Of a DNA stretch of 64,000 nucleotides, positions 57,801 through 64,000 are shown in pieces. The position numbers and the translations under genes were made by a program. The DNA is from Firmicutes bacterium HGW-Firmicutes-9 (GTDB taxonomy: Bacteria; Bacillota; Clostridia; Christensenellales; CAG-138). The DNA lies in contig PGZM01000003.1 in assembly GCA_002841395.1 (NCBI GenBank), positions 130,554 through 194,553 of the forward strand, in the 5' to 3' direction. The notes below the pieces were generated by a model. That model made no database searches. It was not told where the DNA came from and worked only from the letters and a program-made list of their open reading frames with translations. Each line of letters opens with the position of its first letter. Within the stretch, counting starts at the first letter, position 1.

Positions 57801-58111
57801 GGACTTGCATTCCTCTCTTTGCGTATGCGATGGTAAAAACCACGCAAATCACGCACTGTTATAGTGTATTGAAGATATCATAACGGGTAGACGCGATAGT
57901 TTCAAGCAAAATACTGTCTCGTGTTTATATGTTTCTTGCGCGGGTATTCTGATATTCCAGAGTAAATTGTGATATTGTCGCAAAAAATGCCCGCTGCGTG
58001 ACGCTGTCGCTTGACAATACAGACGATTGTGCTACGTTGTATTTATAACAATTGATTGCTCCCGTCACGGAGCGAAGCACAAACAACATCAGAAAGTTGA
58101 GGGTATGATAG

Positions 58112-59434
<1,323 letters not shown>

Positions 59435-59447
59435 CACACAACGCAAA

Positions 59448-59482
59448 CAAAAAGCCTCCGAACCGCTCGGTTCGGAGGCTTT
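59448..59482. terminator. Bidirectional terminator after eno
   Basis: AAAGCCTCCGAACC-gctc-GGTTCGGAGGCTTT. Confidence 0.8.
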
Positions 59483-59494
59483 GTCTTTGTTGCG

Positions 59495-60145
59495 TTAATC
59501 GAGTGTGATGCCGATGATTGGGAGAACGTCCAGCGGCGTCGGGGGATAGAAGTCCGCGGGAATCGTGGGATCGGTCGTGCCCCAGACCGCGAGTGCACCT
59601 TTTGCGCCAGCCGCGTGCGCGCACTGCATATCATACGGTGCGTCGCCAAGAAAGAGAATCTCGCTCGGCAAGATGCCGAAGTGTTCGGCGGCAAAAAGCA
59701 GCGAGTCCGCCGCGGGTTTTGGGTTCGCGACGTCGTCCGCGCAGACCGCGAGGTCGACAAAGTCGATCAATCCGTATTTGTGGAAGTGGTCTTCGTACAG
59801 CTCGCGTCCTTGCGAGGTAGCGACACCGAGCGGTAATCCCGCCTGCTTGATGGCTGAAAGCAGCGTTTCGATGCCGTCAAACGGCTTGTTCGCGTTTGCA
59901 ACAAGCGCGTAATAATCGCTCCATGTTTGCAGCGTGTGCTTCCAGTCCGGCAAATCGAACAGATCTGCCAGCGCGTAACCGGGCAGGCCGAGCATCTTTC
60001 TAAGATACTCCGGCGGATGATGACCACCGCCGGTATCAAACACGGCGCGATCCAGCGTTTCAATCAGGTTCGGTGCGGAGTCGATCAGACACGCGTCGAT
60101 ATCAAACATGATGGCTTTGAAGTTGTAACGATTCATTTTACTCAT
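59495..60145 (-). CDS. HAD-superfamily phosphatase (Gph/PpaX-like)
   Basis: FDIDACLIDS, GVATS, KPAAD, FLGDAPYD, AVWG. Confidence 0.88.
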   Translation of the reverse strand: MSKMNRYNFKAIMFDIDACLIDSAPNLIETLDRAVFDTGGGHHPPEYLRKMLGLPGYALADLFDLPDWKHTLQTWSDYYALVANANKPFDGIETLLSAIKQAGLPLGVATSQGRELYEDHFHKYGLIDFVDLAVCADDVANPKPAADSLLFAAEHFGILPSEILFLGDAPYDMQCAHAAGAKGALAVWGTTDPTIPADFYPPTPLDVLPIIGITLD

Positions 60146-60216
60146 ACAATCGTGTAGTCTATCAGGTTGCTACGATAGAAGCAAGCAAAGAACGCGCTTT
60201 GTTTGCTCATATACAG

Positions 60217-62526
60217 TTATACGTTCGATTCATTCCAGAACGCGGATACTTTTTCCGCGAGCTCTTCTTTTTTGCGTACCCGCTCGACCTTCCAGTGCGG
60301 CGGCAGTAGCGCGCGATAGTCCGCGAGTGAATAACGCGTGTCGATCAGCAGCAGCGCGCCGCGGTCTGTCTCCGTACGGATGATGCGCCCGGCCGCCTGC
60401 AAGACCTTGCTCATACCCGGGTACTGGTAGGCATAGCGAAACCCACTTTGATACGTCTCTTCAAATGCGTCGCGCAGCACATCCCGCTCGAGGCACACCT
60501 GCGGCAGACCTACGCCGACCACGACCGCGCCACAGAGCCGCTCGGCGGGCAGGTCGATCCCCTCGGCAAACACGCCGCCCATCACGGCAAGCCCAAGCGT
60601 GATGCCTTCGCAGTCCGGTTGGAACTGCGCGAGAAACTCCGCGCGCGCTTCGTCGTCCATCTTTGGCGACTGCTCGAGAAACGAGATGTCGGGCAGCAGC
60701 TCGCGAAGAAGTGCAGAAAGCTTGGCGAGATAGGAATGCGACGGCGCAAACACGAGATAATTGCCCCGATTGCGCGCGAGAACGAACGCGTGGATGGATT
60801 CCGCGACGGCTTGCAGCGTCGTCTCCCGCGCGGCAAAATGCGTATCCAGCGGCAGATGAAACACTGCGAGATTTTCCTGCGGAAACGGCGACGGCAGCGC
60901 GAGAAACGGCGTCTCGGCCTTCACACCACTCAGATCGCGATAAAACACAAACGGCGATAACGTCGCGGAAAACAGGATCTCGCTGCGACACTTTTTGTAA
61001 ATCTCCGCGAGCTTGCCCGCGGCATCGGTGCAATAGAGCGTGACCGTGCGCGTGGTCTTGCCACCCTGATAGAGCGTGCGATACTGCGCGTCGTACAAAT
61101 CCAGCACAAATCGAAACGACGATAGATCGAAGCTTAGCTGACGTGCCAGCGCGCGGTCGGCGGGGATGCTCTCCGCGTTGAGCTGATCCAGCGCGCCTTC
61201 CACCGCACGCGTGAGCGATTCCGGCGGTTCAACTGCGGCAAGCGGCGGTTCGATCGCCTCAAACAGCGCGGAAATCTCCGTTTCCAGCCGCTTAAGCGCG
61301 CGGTAGAGCGGCGTTTTGCGCAACAGCTTGGGCACGCTGCGGCGTGTTTCCGTGACACTTGCGAGCGAGAGCGCAGCGGAATACATGCTTCTCGCGCGGT
61401 CGGGCAGGTTGTGCGCCTCGTCCACGAGCAGAACGAATCCATTGCGCCCTGCGGTGAAGAATCGCTGCAGTCGCACGCGAGGGTCGAACGCGTAGTTATA
61501 ATCGCAGATGATCAGATCACACGTAAGTGAAAGATCGAGCGAAAGTTCAAACGGGCATAGAAAGTGCTTTGCCGCGTAGGCGCGGATCAGCTCCTGAGTG
61601 AACACGCCGTCGAGTTTATTCATCTCGGAGAGCGCGTCGCCGAGATGGTCATAATACCCCTCCGCGCGTGGACAATCGCCCTCGCGGCAGATCGGATGAT
61701 CATAAACGCACGCTTTTTCCTTGGCGGTGATGACCACGGCGCGCAGATGCTTGGCGTGGATGAGCTTTGCCGCGTTGACGGCCGCCTCCTGCTGCGTCGT
61801 GCGCGCGGTGAGGTAAAAAATCTTTGCCGCGTGCCCGTCCGCGAGTGCTTTCAGCGCGGGGAAGAGCACCGCCATGGTCTTGCCCGTGCCCGTCGGCGCC
61901 TGCGCAAGCAGGGCGGACTTTTCGCGGATGGCGTAATAAACCTGCGCGGCGAGCTCATGCTGTCCCTCGCGGAACGCGGGATAGGGGAACGCCATCTGCC
62001 GCACGTCTTCCCGCAGGGCGCGCTCGTGGACGTATTCCGTCTCGAGCAGCGCAAGATAGCGCTCGGTGAGGAGCGCGTAAAACGCCGCGAGGGATTCGCG
62101 CGAATACGGTTCGGTGAACGTCGTGATCTCGCCAGTGTCGAGGTGGAAGTACGTTAGGCTGACTTCGATTTGGTCGAGCTGCGCGGTCTCGCAGAAGAGA
62201 TAGGCATAGCATTTTGCCTGCGCCCAATGTTGCGGATCGCCGGGTGCGAGCCGTTCGCCGTCGAGATACGTCGTCTTGATCTCTTCCACGCGGGACTCGC
62301 CATAGAGGCGGTCGATTCTGCCGTACACCGTTAGCTCGATGTGCTTGGAGCTGACTGTGCCGGAGACGGAGACCTCGTTTTTTGCGCCTTCTGCCGCGAC
62401 CGCCTGCAATGCCTGATGACCGCGGATGCCGTCCAGCAGGCGCGCGGAAGAAGCCGACGCGGAGAGACTTCCGGACAGCATGACGGTCTCAACAAGGGTT
62501 CGCACTGCGACTCTGCGCTTCTCCAA
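60217..62526 (-). CDS. DinG/Rad3-like Fe-S DNA helicase with N-terminal PD-(D/E)XK nuclease-like domain
   Basis: GRID...EEIKT...AQAKCY, APTGTGKT, four Fe-S Cys, LVDEAHNL, FSATL, EGID, QAAGRIIR. TTG start behind AAGGAG. Confidence 0.9.
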   Translation of the reverse strand: MEKRRVAVRTLVETVMLSGSLSASASSARLLDGIRGHQALQAVAAEGAKNEVSVSGTVSSKHIELTVYGRIDRLYGESRVEEIKTTYLDGERLAPGDPQHWAQAKCYAYLFCETAQLDQIEVSLTYFHLDTGEITTFTEPYSRESLAAFYALLTERYLALLETEYVHERALREDVRQMAFPYPAFREGQHELAAQVYYAIREKSALLAQAPTGTGKTMAVLFPALKALADGHAAKIFYLTARTTQQEAAVNAAKLIHAKHLRAVVITAKEKACVYDHPICREGDCPRAEGYYDHLGDALSEMNKLDGVFTQELIRAYAAKHFLCPFELSLDLSLTCDLIICDYNYAFDPRVRLQRFFTAGRNGFVLLVDEAHNLPDRARSMYSAALSLASVTETRRSVPKLLRKTPLYRALKRLETEISALFEAIEPPLAAVEPPESLTRAVEGALDQLNAESIPADRALARQLSFDLSSFRFVLDLYDAQYRTLYQGGKTTRTVTLYCTDAAGKLAEIYKKCRSEILFSATLSPFVFYRDLSGVKAETPFLALPSPFPQENLAVFHLPLDTHFAARETTLQAVAESIHAFVLARNRGNYLVFAPSHSYLAKLSALLRELLPDISFLEQSPKMDDEARAEFLAQFQPDCEGITLGLAVMGGVFAEGIDLPAERLCGAVVVGVGLPQVCLERDVLRDAFEETYQSGFRYAYQYPGMSKVLQAAGRIIRTETDRGALLLIDTRYSLADYRALLPPHWKVERVRKKEELAEKVSAFWNESNV

Positions 62527-62701
62527 GTTATCTCCTTGATCAGTACAATTGTTTGCTTTCGATATTATATCACAGCAAAAGGGAGAATACAGCCGCGATT
62601 TTGATTTGCTTGAGCTGACAGTAACCCCTTTGTTTTGCGTGATACACAAGTTGGTAATACGGTTACTTTGGTTGGCATGTGCTTCGCAAGAGCGGGCAGC
62701 A

Positions 62702-62743
62702 ATGCATCAACAAGCCCGCCTTTCGGCGGGCTTGTTGATGCAT
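62702..62743. terminator. Long perfect inverted repeat
   Basis: ATGCATCAACAAGCCCGCC-tttc-GGCGGGCTTGTTGATGCAT, just past the stop codon of the small membrane gene. Confidence 0.7.
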
Positions 62744-62753
62744 GATTAGTTGC

Positions 62754-63029
62754 TTAGAATATCGCGCGGATCACAAAGCCGAAGGCGACGGCGAACACGA
62801 CGCAGAGTGTATAGAACAGCCAGACGTGCGTCTTTGCCCAGCGCATGCGCATCGTGAAGAACGCGAGCAGCAGGAACAATCCCAACAAAATCAGCGGCAG
62901 AAACTGTTGCACGGAGATGTTGCATAGCATAAACGTGCTCAACAGCAGACCGGCAAGTGCGCAGCCGAGCGCGATTGCGGCGGCAGGCGCGAATAGTCCC
63001 GCGCGGTAACTCTTCTCCTTATGCTCCAA
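62754..63029 (-). CDS. Small hypothetical membrane protein
   Basis: 91 aa with three hydrophobic segments. Overlaps the upstream hydrolase stop. Confidence 0.65.
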   Translation of the reverse strand: MEHKEKSYRAGLFAPAAAIALGCALAGLLLSTFMLCNISVQQFLPLILLGLFLLLAFFTMRMRWAKTHVWLFYTLCVVFAVAFGFVIRAIF

Positions 63030-64000
63030 GGTCGATCACCTCCGCGATGTATTGTGAAACGTTCAACAGAACGCCGGTTGACTTCCAGTAATCATTGTGC
63101 CCAAGGCCTTGCAACCGCATAAAAGCACATCCTGCGGGATACGCGTTTGAGAGGCGTTCTGACGAGGCAAAGGGAACCATCTCATCGTCAACGGAGGAGA
63201 AGATGATCGGCTTGACGGAGACCGACTCTGCAAAGCGGACGGACTCCATCTTAAACGCGACCAGCGCGCGCAGCGGCCCGTAGAAGATGGGAACCATGGT
63301 GTTATACAGATCGTATCCGTCCGCATACGGCGCAAAAAGAACCAGTCCGGCGGGCGTTCTGTTGGCGGCGACGTAGTTTGCAACACCGGTGCCCATGCTA
63401 AAACCGAACAATATGATACGGCTTGCGTCTACGTCCTCGCGGGAAATCATCGCGTCATACACATCCAACCCCATCTGCTGCAGGGAAGCCTCGCTGGGGC
63501 TGCCGCTGGAAAGTCCATAACCGGGATAGTCCAGAAACGCAAAGTTGCAGCCCGCAAACGCACTGATGTCGCCGCTCTCGACGAGATAGAGCATCCGCTT
63601 TGCCGCGACTTCGCCGTTTCCGCCGAAGTAGAGCACCAACGGCGCTTTACCTTCCGCTTGATGGATCATCCAGCCGGAGACGACGCGATCTTCGGTTTCA
63701 ATCGTCAGCTGCTCCACGTTCGGGTAGGCTGCAAGCGCACTTGCCGACGCCTCGTCGTTACGCGCATAAAAGAGCTGTTTCGGCGCGATCATATAAATCG
63801 TCACGCTCAACAGCAGCACGAGGCTGACAAGCGCCGCAAGAATGCGCGCTGTAAGTTTAATCCCGCGCGTTGCATTGCGCGTTACCAAAAAAATCATCCA
63901 GTTCAACAGCATGAGAAGCACGGTTGCGATCAGGATCGCTAGTCCGATGCTTTGCGCGCTTTCGCTGGGCAAAAACCACGTGAGCAGCGCTATGACGCTC
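63019..64000 (-). CDS. Membrane-anchored alpha/beta hydrolase (5' end lies beyond the window)
   Basis: LYFGGNGE, DYPGYGLS, nucleophile GFSMG, DEMVP, GHND. The frame stays open to the window edge. Confidence 0.88.
   Translation of the reverse strand, partial: SVIALLTWFLPSESAQSIGLAILIATVLLMLLNWMIFLVTRNATRGIKLTARILAALVSLVLLLSVTIYMIAPKQLFYARNDEASASALAAYPNVEQLTIETEDRVVSGWMIHQAEGKAPLVLYFGGNGEVAAKRMLYLVESGDISAFAGCNFAFLDYPGYGLSSGSPSEASLQQMGLDVYDAMISREDVDASRIILFGFSMGTGVANYVAANRTPAGLVLFAPYADGYDLYNTMVPIFYGPLRALVAFKMESVRFAESVSVKPIIFSSVDDEMVPFASSERLSNAYPAGCAFMRLQGLGHNDYWKSTGVLLNVSQYIAEVIDLGA

Noticed and set aside
62702..62743. 19-bp perfect inverted repeat as a MITE or REP element
   Set aside because: I saw one copy only, with no target duplication, and its position just after a stop codon fits a terminator.

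Overview
A GC-rich chromosomal window from a Clostridia-like (Bacillota) anaerobe, made up mostly of metabolic genes. In order it contains: (1) a xylose/beta-glucoside cluster (partial GH3, ABC importer, YesL, GH1, GH94 phosphorylase, LacI, xylA, xylB) with a cysteine desulfurase inside it; (2) AraC-DUF2000 and murI; (3) a four-subunit 2-oxoacid:ferredoxin oxidoreductase, then a T-box-controlled nitrilase-family amidase plus ilvE; (4) an AT-rich stand-alone OLD-family ATPase/TOPRIM gene; (5) a complete his operon led by a TrpR/YerC (HisR-type) repressor with its palindromic operator and ending in a PurO-like IMP cyclohydrolase; (6) a PAS/HD-GYP gene divergent from a BcsA-like GT2-PilZ synthase, followed by a polytopic membrane protein; (7) a complete shikimate/Phe/Tyr operon; (8) transporters, oadG/oadB, enolase, a HAD phosphatase and a nuclease-DinG helicase. 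The strongest unannotated signal is a 31-codon Tyr/Phe-rich leader peptide with mutually exclusive antiterminator and terminator helices upstream of the aro operon. This looks like ribosome-mediated attenuation in a lineage that usually uses T-boxes. Other leads are an orphan promoter-driven hairpin RNA, twin palindromic operators upstream of the oxidoreductase operon, and a minimal c-di-GMP exopolysaccharide module. I saw no rRNA, tRNA, CRISPR array or transposase. All calls come from reading motifs by eye, with no database searches.
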